Assembly (NCBI GenBank): GCA_030390025.1
Contig: CM059434.1
Location: 107,260,001-107,324,000 of the forward strand
Source of the DNA: Squalus acanthias
Taxonomy: Eukaryota
Length of the DNA stretch: 64,000 bases
Direction: 5' to 3'
Positions within the stretch are counted from its first letter, which is position 1; the number at the start of each line of letters is the position of its first letter. The notes below the pieces were generated by a model, which was given only the letters and a program-made list of their open reading frames with translations, was not told the origin of the DNA and made no database searches. The position numbers and the translations under genes were made by a program. Shown here in pieces: positions 13,511 through 25,989 of this stretch.

Positions 13511-14817
13511 GACCAGTGGCAGATGAAATTTAACGCAGAAAAGTGCGAAGTGGTACATTTTGGTAGGAAGAACAAGGAGAGGCAATATAAACTAAAGGGT
13601 AAAATTCTAAATTGAACAGGCAGGAACAGAGAGACCTGGGGGTATGTGTGCACAAATCGTTGAAGGTGGCAGGTTGAGAAAGTGGTTAAAAAAGCACACG
13701 GGATCCTGGGCTTCATAAATAGAGGCATAGGGCTGGATTTTGTCTTGGGGTCGGGTTGGGGTCGTGTCATCCGCATTTCGTGTTATCCACCCGCCTGAAA
13801 TTGGATGTGGGAGATTGATGCAATTTTCACTTCATTGGGCAATTGAGTTCCAGCATGTGGGAACCCATGAACCAATGAGTGGTTCCAGTCTGAAAGTCGC
13901 CTCTGATGATGTCATCATTGTAGGTCAGAGACTGCCTGCCTGGTCTCAGAGACTGCCTGGCTTTTGGTGTGAGAGGACCTGGATGCAAAATGAGCAGCAG
14001 CTCTAAGGAGAGAGAGAGAGAGAGAGAGAGAGTTAATGGCCTCTCGCGCCTCTTGGAGGCGGGACGGAGTCGGGAACCCCGCGACCCATTTTGTCAAAAT
14101 TGCGTGGAGGCGTGTTGGAGTCGGGATGGGGTCGGGACCCCCGAATCTGCTACTTTAACCCCCCACACGCCTCCAAACCCTGACTCCACGGGTCATTCAA
14201 AATCCAGCCCATAGAGTACAAAAGCAAGGAAGTTATGATGAACCTTTATAAAACACTGGTTCGGCCTCAACTGGAGTATTGTGTCCAATTCTGGGCACCG
14301 CACTTTAGGAAGGGTGTGAAGGCCTTAGAGAGGGTGCAGAAAAGATTTACAAGAATCCATCGAGGGATGAGGAACTTCAGTTACGTGGATAGACTAGAGA
14401 AGCTGAGGTTGTTCTCCTTCGAGCAGAGAAGGTTGAGAGGAGATTTGATAGAGGTGTTCAAAATCATGAGGGATCTAGACACAGTAGATAGAGAGAAACT
14501 GTTCCCATTGGCGGAAGAGTCGAGAACCAGAGGACATAGATTTAAGGTGATTGGCAGAAGAACCAAAGGCGACATGAGGAAAAACCTTTTTACACAGCGA
14601 GTGGTTAGGATCTGGAATGCACTGCCTGAAAGGGTGGTGGAGGCAGACTCAATCACGGCTTTCAAAAGGGAATTGGATAAGTACCTGAAGGAAAAGAATT
14701 TGCGGGGCTATGAGGAAAGGGTGGGGGAGTGGGACTAGCTGAAGTGCTCTTGCAGAGAGATGGCACGGACTCGATGGGCCAAATGGCGGCCTCCTGTGCT
14801 GTAACCATTCTATGATC
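13511..14817 (+). mobile_element. CR1 LINE 3' fragment (RT C-terminus + 3' UTR), interrupted by a MITE
   Basis: WQMKFNAEKCEVVHFG at ~13517; ORF 14235-14738 contains YKTLVRPQLEYCVQFW...RTRGH; TTCTATG tail. Confidence 0.92.
13730..14210. mobile_element. PIF/Harbinger-like MITE, 481 bp, inserted in CR1
   Basis: TIR GGGCTGGATTTTG / CAAAATCCAGCCC with an ATA TSD. Removing it restores CR1 AGAGGCATAGAGTACAAA (RGIEYK). Confidence 0.9.
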
Positions 14818-15211
14818 CAATTTTGGGTCAGATATTTTTCAGGCGGTCTTGGGGCGTAGCACGTTGGTCCCTGAAATTGGGCCTCATTACGCCCGTTTTT
14901 TGCCCACAAAATGCGTGCAACGAGGACCAATTTCTACCTCTGTGATTTTACAAGAAATAACAGATTTATTTTAAAATGCACTATGAGCTCTGGGGAACTT
15001 ACACCTTCAAGAGTGTTGGATTCTGATGAATTTGTCAGTAACTTTCACACATGTTATTGATAACAAGACCATTGCCGTATATATTGATTCATTTCATACC
15101 TGAAATACACGATTTGATATCCATTCCATCAATGTAGCATTTTAGCCATAATACATTTCATACTGATCATTGTCATGTTAACCTAAAAACCTTGCTTTCT
15201 TATTACCTCAG

Positions 15212-15268
15212 TCAATTGGTGTAGAGATCCCAAAGATTAATTTAAGAAAGAGGCACCCTAACACGCAG
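15212..15268 (+). CDS. CACNA2D1: Cassette exon 18a (alpha2delta-1 splice region A)
   Basis: cag|TCA...CAG|gtaatg, 57 nt, encoding SIGVEIPKINLRKRHPNTQ versus mammalian PIGVGIPTINLRKRRPNIQ. Confidence 0.9.
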
Positions 15269-16418
15269 GTAATGTAGTTGGAAGTAGCGTTGGCGCTACA
15301 AAGCTGCCAGTGTTAAAGTTTTTGGAAAGAGCTTTGGCAAGATTATATTGCCTACCTGTGGGTCTGGCTACCAAAACTATCCTGAAGCATGACTTTCAAC
15401 TTGCTTAGACGATAACTAATCCACTGCCAAAGGAGCATTGGTGCATGACTAGTTTAGCGCTAACTTTTTGTATGGTGCTCTTGTCTTCCAATGCAGACTG
15501 CTATATTTGAAAATAATATCAGCTTAAAGAGAAATGTAACATTTAGGATTACTGTGGCTGATTTGAAGATCAATGTAGCAAAATGGTTAGTTTTGTATAT
15601 ATTACAGATACTGCATGCAGTCCATGCATTTCTTTGGTGACTAGGGTACACATTATATACGGTGATGTAACTGTGGATAGTAAGTTTTCTGCTGTAGGCC
15701 ATTCCTTCAGAGATTTGACTGGCCAGTCCATCATAACCAATTTTTAGAACAAGGAGTTTTTAGTCATAAATATAATCACCATATCTCAAGTAGAAGTCAA
15801 TCTGAATGTACCTTCAAATTTAAGCTGTTTTCACTACAATAGATCTGGATAAAACAGAGTACAGTTGTTCAGGGAATTCACAATGCCGACTAATGAAAGT
15901 CCCCTTCTAAAAGCCAATACAATTAATCCATTTTAGTTCAGTGTTTGATACACAACTAATGATTATATAAATGGGTTTATCACTTGGTGAAGTATATGGC
16001 CTTTAGGTTCATGTCAGGATTTTTTGTACTGAATCTAACTCTTGTTTGGTTAATACTGCAAATAAAGTCTTAATACCCAATAACCGATCACATCTGTTGA
16101 TTTACAAATGGTAGCTATTCAGGGATGAGCAATTGCTGAAATCCAAAATAATCTAGATTCAGCAGATTCAGATTTTGTTTTGCAATTGGGTTTTAATTGG
16201 TATTTGATATGATAATAGATCTAAATTTGATTCCTGGTAAAATCTTGCTTTAATAAAAAAAATCACAGTTGCTTTTAACTTTTATATGATATTCAGTACT
16301 GAAATAGTTCATCGCTGTTTTCAGAGGCTAATAACACTTTAACCCGACACTTAGATTTGAATTTTTCTCCACAAATAATTGTGAAAGTAGCAAACATAAG
16401 GTGAGCTGTAGAAATATT

Positions 16419-16915
16419 GGCCTGTAATTTGCGGTGGGTAATAACAGCAAACGAACAGCGTTTGCTACTATTACTCTTTTGAAACTGACCGCAACTTCAG
16501 GATTTAGCGCATGCGCATCCTAACGCGGAAATCCTTAAGTTGAGGTCAGTCATTCACTGCTCCGACACTGGCTGCGCTGTGGACCCCCACCACACAAATA
16601 AAAGATTTTTTTTTTTTTTAAGTTTGTTCATATTTATTTCAGGTTTATCTTTTCCCCATGTGAGAGCCCCAATCTTTGTTTTGCTCACAGTACATTTTTA
16701 AAAAGTCAGAATAAAAGGAACTTCTTCACTTTCTGGTTCCCTGTCTGTGAGAATTCGATATTGTGATTGGCTGCTCAGACAGCTTGTTGACGTCACAGCA
16801 GCTCGCGCGATGGAATTCCCACTAAACTGCAATGATCTCAACTGCACGTCGAAAAAGCCAAACTTCTGGCCACAGAGATCGTGAGATCTTTGTGGGCAGC
16901 TTTCTTCAGGGCCAA
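16419..16915. mobile_element. Partial MITE related to the 30690-31452 element
   Basis: Starts ATT|GGCCTGTAATTTGCGGT and shares AATAACAG / GCAACTTC / CATGCGCA blocks with it; no right TIR found. Confidence 0.55.
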
Positions 16916-18689
16916 TGCATTAAGCAGTTCTCGTTTTTCATCTGTACCATCTTGAGTCATTTATTTCCCCACTTTACGTACCTCTGATCCATGAACCCTC
17001 CCCCAACGAAAAGGCTTGTTAGAGAACCTGTGCTACATTTCTGCCAGTGCCACATTTTAAGCTGCCTATAGACAGTGTGTAACCTACCTTCCCTCCCTGT
17101 TGACAAGCACTTGAACAACATTTCCCAACTCCTCTAATGGCCTAGTTACATAAGGTGCTCCTAGTGTAGGAACTGTGAGCAAGAACTTGTAACACAGCAT
17201 GCTCCTTCATGACCACACAGGGCCAAAGAGATTGCCCCAAGGACATAGATAATTTAAAGTAAACTGGTGACAGATGGTAAAATTAGAACAGCACAAATGA
17301 TAACTTCCCAGAAGTTTTGCAGTGCATATTGGTAAAATATAAGCCAGATTTGGGCTCAGGAATCTGAATTGAACAGATTTGCTCATCCCTAATAGCTATT
17401 AAGGATTCTTATCTGCAAACTGGTCTTACTTTCAATCTGAATATTATTTAATACATTCTCCGTAAAGTTCACATATATTACATGCAGATTGTTCATTAAA
17501 ATGAATAGCCTCAGTGTCAGTATGACTTAACATTTCTTCTGTTCTGTGAATATGAAAGAAAGGAATTCAGGATTCTGCACACTGCCTATTCAGGCCAAAT
17601 TTAAGAACTTATTTACAATTATATGTTCTTTGAAATATAAGAAATTCAGCTGTGAAAAATTAGCCTTTTTTAGGTCCTGTATAAATGTCATTGTCAGATA
17701 TTCATCACTATGTCGCTGCCATTTTCCCTCAAAGTATTTGCATGAAACTAATGCAAACTACATTTGAAAGAACAAAATGTATGTGGAAAAAGTTACCCCT
17801 TTTCCCAGGCTTCATGCGGAACTCTCTGAAATACTTTGAATTCTTTTGCTCCTTCCATTTAAAGTGACAGCCCTTTGGAGGCTATTGATTTTATTTGTGT
17901 TTGATGTGCTGCTTTTATAGACTTGTTGTAGGAGTTCCTTTGAAGTTCTTGCATGCGTGCATTGTGGGAAACAACCATTGTAAGCTTGCTGCCTGTAGTA
18001 ACATTTTTGGTAAGTTGTCATTGATTAATTGAAGTACAGTGGAAGAGACTGAGGAATTTGTAATACATTGGTAATATTGCACCACAGAATACTGCCACTT
18101 AACTCATGAATCACACCACTCGGGAATCTTGAACAAGCACTCGCATTAACTAAAAGATATAGTTTTCCACATTTGATTTTAATGCTATTTCCCTGCCATT
18201 TCTGCTCCAATATTCGCCGGTATTGAGGGTTTCACTGGAACCAACTCTAGACTCCAGTTCCGAACAAGATTTATGTCTGGGCTCAAAACAATCAAAAAAG
18301 TAAATCATCTCAGCTGCCAGAAGTCATTTAGGAAACATCATAGAAACATAGAATTCTACCTTAGGTCCATCTCATCTGCTGTCCTACTGTCCTCGCAGTT
18401 GTATCTCATAATGTGTTTCTCTTCAAAATACTCATCCAAATTTTCCCTGAAGATGCCTAAGCTGCTTGCCTGCTGCAATAAACAACCACCATCTCGATAA
18501 TGTTTCCTTACATGCTGCCCGAATCTACTTCTCAACTTAAAGCTCACGAGCCCTCGTTCTGCCATCACGTACTAAAACAATTAGCCCCGACTGATCCGTC
18601 ACATTTACAAAAGGTGCACCTATATTTTTGGATAGGTAGATAATATTGTATGGTTCTTTTACTGGATTGTTGCTATGGATACATCCTGC

Positions 18690-19460
18690 TAGGGGGATAG
18701 AATATAAAAATAGGGAGGCATTGCTTCAGTTGTACAAGGTATTGGTGAGACCACACCTGGAATACTGCATACAGTTTTGGTGTCCTTACTTAAGGAAAGA
18801 CATCCTTGCTCTCGAGGCAGTGCAAAAAAGGTTCACTCGGTTAATCCCGGGGATGAGGGGGTGGTCATATGAGGAGAGGTTGTGTAGATTGGGACTCTAC
18901 TCATTGGAGTTCAGAAGAATGAGAGGCGATCTTATTGAAACATATAAGATTGTGAAGGGGTTGGATCGGGTGGATGCGGGGAGGATGTTCCCGATGACGG
19001 GTGAGACTAGAACTAGGGGACATAGTCTTAGAATAAGGGGCTGCTCTTTCAAAACTGAGATGAGGAGGAACTACTTCACTCAGAGGGTGGTAGGTCCATG
19101 GAATATGCTGCCACAAAAAGCTGTAGAAGCTACATCATTAAATAAATTTAAAACAGAAATAGACAGTTTCCTAGAAGTAAAGGGCATTAAGGGTTACGGG
19201 GAGCGGGCAGGAATTTGGACATGAGTCTAGGTTCGGATCGGTCATGGCCCTGTGGGTAGTGGAGCGGGCCCAGGGACCGTGTAGCCTGATTCTGCTCCTA
19301 TTTCGTGTGTGCAATTCTGTTAGATGCAGGAGATGGTTCTGTGATAGTAGATAGTAGATTGGCGGTTAGGATCAGATCAGCCATGATCTTATTGAATGGC
19401 GGAGCAGGCTCGAGGGGCCGATTGGCCTACTCCTGCTCCTATTCTTATGTCTTATGTTCT
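18690..19460 (+). mobile_element. CR1 LINE 3' fragment plus a second CR1 tail
   Basis: ORF 18646-19224 contains RGIEYKN...YKVLVRPHLEYCIQFW...RTRGH; a TTCTTATG-type tail lies at ~19440. Confidence 0.9.
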
Positions 19461-21565
19461 TAAGACTGAGGTTTTGTTCTGTAAGATTGTTGATTAATTT
19501 TTTGTGCCCGTCAAGGGATGTCAATAATAAAACCAGCGAATGCTGGAAAGGCACAACAGATCAGGCAGGATCTGAGAAACGGGTTAATGTTTAAAGTGTA
19601 ACCCTTCATCAGAATGCCTGTCATAAACTGTGGTAACCATGGTACCTTAATCCACAATGTTTGAAAATGCAGTCTGAGAGAAAACTTTTGAAAGGGGGTT
19701 CTCTTGAATATATTAGTTTCAAAGATTAGCAGAGAATCCATCAAATCGTCACCAGACATGACATGCTATACAGTTCACTACAATAAGACGTAAAATAACC
19801 AAGGGGTTAGTGTAGATCTAACATACTGAGGTGGCTCTGGTTGCTGTGGGGAAAAATAATTCAGCCTAGTATGTTTCATATCCTGGCAACAAGGATTTCT
19901 GTTACCATGGTTGCAGCTCTGGATCCATAAAATTCAAAGACGTGTGTTTTTTTTAATTATCTGGCGATAGAATCCATTTTATGCATAGGGACCGTAAGTC
20001 TATGGGTGTGCGACTGTTATAATCCAGAACGCTGAGAGGGGGAGGGGTGGGGGGGCTCTTGTCCCAGAAAATAGAGGGGAAATTGTCTTGAATCACTCTA
20101 TGACACTCTCACACCAGAGACCAGTAATAAAATAGTGGTGGAAATAGAGTAGAAGCATTGTTAGAAGCTTAGGAGCTGGTTGTAGGCCTCTCTTATCAAT
20201 AGGCCTGTGGCACACAGCATGCGGGCCAGCAAAAAAGGGGGAACGTGTCCAACAGAATGAGGTATTTTTTCTTTTTGAAATACATAGGAAAAAAAACCTG
20301 AAATCCAAGACGGTAGGTTTATCAGGTTCCAACCAATGGAATTTCATCTGCATGTTTAACAGTGATGTGAGCAGGCAGCCACAGTTGCACTGCCCACTCT
20401 CATTGCTGTTGGATGGGAGAAGGCAAGAGTTCTACACGTTTGTACTCAAACACGTGCTTGGAGTACTGATCACTGGCCTCAAACTGCTGCTGAGATTTCC
20501 CATCATAGAATAGAGCTGACAGGACAGGACAGTCAGCTCTATTCCATCCTGTGGCACACTGAGCCTGCTGAATGATCTAAACTTAAAACATGGCTGTATG
20601 CTGTCGATGTGCAATACCAATGATGTGCAGTCTTGCAATCAGCCCCGAACTGCTTATTTCTGCAAAATTGGCACCATTATGTTGTGCATTTGGTGTCAGT
20701 GTGGTGCAAAAGATGGTGATGCACTGATTCCAAATGAGACCTAAGAATGTCATTCTGAACACAATGCAATCAGGTTTCTTTCTTGGATTAACCCTACCTG
20801 TATCTGGACCCAATCCAAATTAAAGGTGCAACAAGGCATGACCACTTATCATCTCTTACATAACATAATATTCACATTGCTGCTTAACATCTTTTACTAA
20901 AATAATTTGACCAGATTTGTATTATCCTGCACACAAATGCTTTCATTTTATAAATGACTAGCCCAGTGGGTTTTTCTTTTTAAAAGTCATCGTAAAGTGG
21001 CCAGTTTCTTCCTCTGTAATTCGCCATTTTTATTTTGTTGTTGTGTAAGCTGTTTTGTATAATTGCTTCTGACTCTTATTTTTCTTTCCATGGCCACATG
21101 TATCGGAATGCGACGTGACCTGCTTACCTCATCCCATCAATGTCTTGATGCATGCTGCATGCTTGGTAATGTCATGGGGTCTTCTGTGCATGTAAACTAC
21201 TGTCATTTAATTCGGTGCGATGTGTTGTTTAATGAGGGGTGATCCCTGTGTCTGTATTGTACAATATAACAAAACCCATTATCTACTCCTGTTGTGTCAA
21301 GAGAAAGTATTCTGTTGACATGCAGCCGGCGCCTGCGGTCTGTCTGCAGGAACAGGATGTTGCTGCATTAAGCAGCTGCAGTAAGGCGCTCCTTGGTCCA
21401 TAGATAAAAGCTGCACTGGTCACCAATCCACTTTTATGAGTGAATATCAGTTTTGCAGATGCTATATGAAGCCAATATATGATAGGCATGTTGTAATAGA
21501 AATTACTGATATTTGGTAAGTGTTAAAACAGTTCAGTTAGACGAAAAGAGACTGATTTGATACAA

Positions 21566-21746
21566 AAAGAAAATACTGCAGATGCAGCATCTGTGAAGAG
21601 AGAAACAGAGTTAACGTTTCAGGTCGATGACCTTTCGTCAGAACAGTTCTGACAAAAGGTCATCGACCTGAAACGTTAACTCTGTTTCTCTCTTCACAGA
21701 TGCTGCCTGACCTGCTGAGTTTCTCCAGCATTTTCTGTTTTTATTT
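21566..21746. mobile_element. Palindromic Penelope-like unit with two opposed hammerhead cores
   Basis: Near-perfect hairpin centred at ~21645; direct repeat CTGATTTGATACAA at 21552-21565 and 21747-21760. Confidence 0.78.
21609..21644 (-). ncRNA. Minimal type I hammerhead ribozyme motif (PLE type)
   Basis: Minus strand reads GTT-CTGACGA-A-AGGTC-ATC-GACCT-GAAA-CGTT-AAC: intact core, 5-bp stem II, palindromic ACGT stem III and a GTT/AAC stem I. Confidence 0.65.
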
Positions 21747-23207
21747 CTGATTTGATACAATCTTGTGTTTCTTTCCTGACCTTGGATCAATGATGGGGCT
21801 GAAATCTACTTTTTTTTTTTAACATCCCGATTAAATGTGCGCTGAGAAACTGGATCAGTTTGATTCCTGTGTCCACTGGTGAGTGGATCATCATTGGATC
21901 CCAATGCTTGGCAACTTTCTAAAATCCCTCACCTGATTTCAATATTGACACGTTGAAAAAAAAATCCCATTTCTAACCGCTTCAAAATAAGCGCTTTGAC
22001 CCCAATCAGAATAGCTGCAGTAGTAAGCCCGTCAGACTACATAAAAGGGAGCTCACATTTTCATGACCAATTTGAATGATAGTTGCGTTTGCAAAAAAAA
22101 ATCTGCCTGCTACTCAGAACACAGCTTGCAGTCAAATTGTAAGATTCCAATTGTAATTCATTCTCTCATTCTCCAACCAAAACCCTAGTGCTCAGGAAAG
22201 AGGATTTGAATCCTCAGTTCATTGGTAATTGAGAGTGGCATTCATTCGCCATTGCCTGTGCCATGTGATGCTACAGCTCCATGTAGTTCCTGTGTAAAAC
22301 AATTCTTCATGTAAAATCCACATCAAATTGTTAAATAGTGCATAGCATCAGCAGAATGTACAATCGGTATTAGGAGGAGATGCCACTTGTCTCAAACATT
22401 CCCTATGATCCCAGTAGGGTAATTAAAATGGATTATCTGACCTTACTATTCCTTGTAGTTAGTAGAGATTAATTTTGTGGAGCTTTGCTCTTAATGGGCC
22501 GTAAATTAAATAAAACATACCAACAAAATGTGTTGATGTATCTCTTGCAAGTTGAAAAAATTGATGCAGAGAAAAGCTGAACCTTGCTGAGGAGCGTGAT
22601 CACGTAAAGTATTGACTATTGCCAACAGGGCTGAATGACAGACTGTAACATTTACATTGGGCTCATTGAACCAGACAGAGTTGCTCTATTCTGTTCCCGC
22701 GAGTGCGCAGTCCTTATTGTACTGGATAATATAACTAAATTCATCCAGTTTCACCTTTGGAGATGCAGGAGAAAGCCATTGCTGCTATAATTCAATAGCT
22801 CTACGTGTTAAATAAAGGTTAAACCACAGAACAGTTAATTGCGATGGTGTAATGCTGACGGGTGTTAATACGGGCCAAATGTCAACAAGCATCCGTACAA
22901 TAAGAAGGTTAAAACAATTGCCGTAGAAGAAATATTATACAGCAAATGCATTCAGTTCAATAATCTCCCACCAACACTTCTGAAATGTAACATATTATGC
23001 CTGAATATTACATAGGATGAGATGTTGGAGAAATAGTTTCCTGAACAACCTTTTTGTTTTATCTACGGCTAACCTTTTGTTTAACCATCCTTACTGAGAA
23101 GGGCACAAAAAATAAATCTAGGCTGTACTGGTTCGGGCTCAAATGTTGAACTTTATGTCACATAGTATTTTCCATTTATTGTTTGATGATTATTCCTTTT
23201 GGTTTAG

Positions 23208-23279
23208 AATCCTAAATCTCAGGAGCCCGTCACTTTGGATTTTCTAGATGCTGAACTGGAGAATGAAATTAAAGTGGAG
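23208..23279 (+). CDS. CACNA2D1: alpha2delta exon 19 equivalent (begins with region B, NPKSQ)
   Basis: tag|AAT...GAG|gtaaga, 72 nt, encoding NPKSQEPVTLDFLDAELENEIKVE; an internal CAG at 23220-23222 could act as an alternative acceptor. Confidence 0.95.
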
Positions 23280-24079
23280 GTAAGATGATCTTAGTTGGCC
23301 AGCGGCTACCGACAGTGGCATGTCAAAGCCTTTTAACTCCATAATGTCTGGATTCACTTTAAAAATAATAATAATGTGAACTGGTTCATATGTAAATTGC
23401 CTGTATTTTTTTCCGTGGCTTTTTGTGTAGTGCAGGTCATGTGCTTACTTGAAGAAACTTTGCCTTCTCCTAATTGAACTTGACAGCCTGTCTGTGTAAT
23501 CATGAACAGACTCTGGCTGGCAAACTTTCAGTGCCAATTGGCCTGACCACGGGAGATTATTTCAGTTTAGCGGTTAGGTAGCTTGTATGTGCTGCGATGT
23601 GTGCCTCATTTTTAAATAAAAAACTTTTTTTTATTTTAGTGAAATTGTATCTTTTTTGGCAACCATTCAGGTCTTCGAACTGCTGAACAGTGTTGTCATT
23701 CCTGGAAAATCTAAGCACTGATTGCTGGTTAATGGGATGCCACTGGAATATAATGACTGGATTGTCTGTCTATTCTTAAAAGTGCATGTATCCAGGTCTA
23801 ACACTATGCCAAAAACTCAAAACCAAATTGATGCGCTTTCTACAAATAATCTAACTGCTGTGCTCTACACTATGAAGGAACAAGTTTGGTTGCAACTCTG
23901 TAAAATACAGAAGAAAGGGAGTTTCAACACACTATTTCACCTATGACCTATGGCATTGCCCACGGTCAGTTGATAAATATAAAGATGGCAGCCAATTTGG
24001 AAGAGAGACTTCAGAAACTCTCCAGAGAGCCATCCAGGGCTCAAGCCTACAACAAGATTGTGACATTTGACCTAGAGTT

Positions 24080-24258
24080 TTTTTTAATTCATTCATGGGA
24101 TGTGGGCGTCGCTGGCAAGGCCGGCATTTATTGCCCATCCCTAATTGCCCTTGAGAAGGTGGTGGTGAGCCGCCTTCTTGAACCACTGCAGTCCGTGTAG
24201 TGAAGGTACTCCCACAGTGCTGTTAGGGAGGGAGTTTCAGGATTTTGACCCAGCGAAT
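24080..24258 (-). mobile_element. 3' end of a CR1/L2-group LINE (second family)
   Basis: Reverse complement of the 43170-43340 3' end (TGGGATGTGGGCGTCGCTGGCAAGGCC). Confidence 0.8.
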
Positions 24259-24931
24259 TGAATGGGAAATGTTGGCAGAAAAGCATGAATTAAAATCATG
24301 ACAACAGGAAGTAAGGTTTGTGAACAGGAAGTAGGTGCCCTACATGAAATTTTTAATAATCTATAGATTAGAATTGTGATGACACTCCTCAAATGTTACT
24401 AATTCGAACTGCCATTACCTATATTTTTCTTGTGTGTATAGACATAGATATGTAGAATTAAATGTTTGTGGTAATTGAAGAGCTGATGAATGAAACTGAA
24501 AAAAGTCCACAACATTTGGTAGCAGCTAATCTTGAGTTTTATAAACATGTGTGTGTTTCCAGAACATGGCAATGTTCTTAATTTCCGAAGGCAATATTGA
24601 TTTTAAACCGTGTCTTTGAGCCATTCATGTATCCATCATGATGCACTTTGATTCCTGTAATTCATGATGTTGCACTTACAAATTCATCTATACATTTCTT
24701 CTAGAGGGTACATTCGTACTACTTCTTTGTACTTTGTCATGACTCTACTACTGTGCCCTTGGCCCCTTTCTTTATAGAGTTGCATGTTAAACTAGCTTTG
24801 GAAATGGCTTCATTGAGCTCTGCTTGAGGTAGGGCTGCAGAGCAGTTTGGAGGCATCGTCCCATATTAGTCACTGGATCAAACTGTTGCACAAAACAGAA
24901 TAGCTGCAAGTTATTAATTGATGTCTTCTAG

Positions 24932-25003
24932 ATTCGACACAGCATGATAGAAGGACAAAATGGTGAGAGGACTCTCGACACACTAATCAAATCCTACGAT
25001 GAG
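24932..25003 (+). CDS. CACNA2D1: alpha2delta exon 20 equivalent
   Basis: tag|ATT...GAG|gtacag, 72 nt, encoding IRHSMIEGQNGERTLDTLIKSYDE. Confidence 0.9.
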
Positions 25004-25989
25004 GTACAGTCTATAGCTAATTGCTTATCTAATTGGTCTCTGTGTTGAGAATTTTTTTAAAGACAGAAATGAATTGCTTCAAGGAAGGGATAAGCAGTGT
25101 ACTTTGTTTTTCAATATTTACTGAGTCTCAGATGTGACAATCAACAGGAATAAAGAGTCAGCCTTCACTACAATCACCCAGGACAAGGTTATATTACTAG
25201 AGTGTTGGTGTTAAATAGATGTTGTGCTAAGACATGTTTTGCTAATCCTCTCTAACGATGCAAACATAGTTCATTTGATTGCCTCCCTGCAGTTAGCGTT
25301 GCTGGGATTCTTTCGTCCCCTCTCTTCTGAAGGATTGATTCTTCCTGAGATGTGGTTCCACCTGCACCACTAACCCTTCAGTAGCTCACTGATTGCCCAT
25401 TCTACATCACTGAACCCAGATCGTAAGTGCTGAGGGGGGAGGCAAGGCATCACATACAAGCCATCACAGTGCAAGGAAAGGCAAATCAAATCAAATGTGC
25501 AACAAGCACTCTGATCATTTTGATATTTTTTATAACATTTAATAATAATTCATCTTTTTTCAAGTAATGTACAGAATAAAACTGGTAGTCTTCCTTGATG
25601 CAGGCACTTTGGAACAATTTTCCATGTTCAACTGTTTGCAATTTTAATATTTAAGGATCCCTGCCCCTGACAGGGTTACAAATTTTGCTGGTTGCTGGTG
25701 TCATGTGCTGCCATTCCTCCACAGCACAAGCACAAAAGCAGCAGCAACATTCTAAATATGCAGTATTTTTAACACTTAGACTGCCGGTGGGTCCAGCGAA
25801 TCCCCAGTCTCTCTCTGCTGGACCAACCAGTTTTCAGTTCTTGTAAAGTGATGATGAAAATATTAATATTACAATAATAAAAGCTGTTCAAATGTCAGGA
25901 ATAGCACTTTTACTACAAATTAAATACTAAAAGTATAATTTTAACACCAAGTATTAGTTCTAGTCACAGTTATTGCCCTTATTCCCTCG

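Noticed and set aside
14235-19224. Longest ORFs (167 aa at 14235-14738 and 192 aa at 18646-19224) as host genes
   Set aside because: They are C-terminal fragments of CR1 ORF2 with typical CR1 3' tails and no upstream RT core.
19525-19615. Additional hammerhead in a half-palindrome (also ~59000-59110)
   Set aside because: These are old Penelope-like arms whose GAAA and stem II are too degenerate to call a ribozyme.
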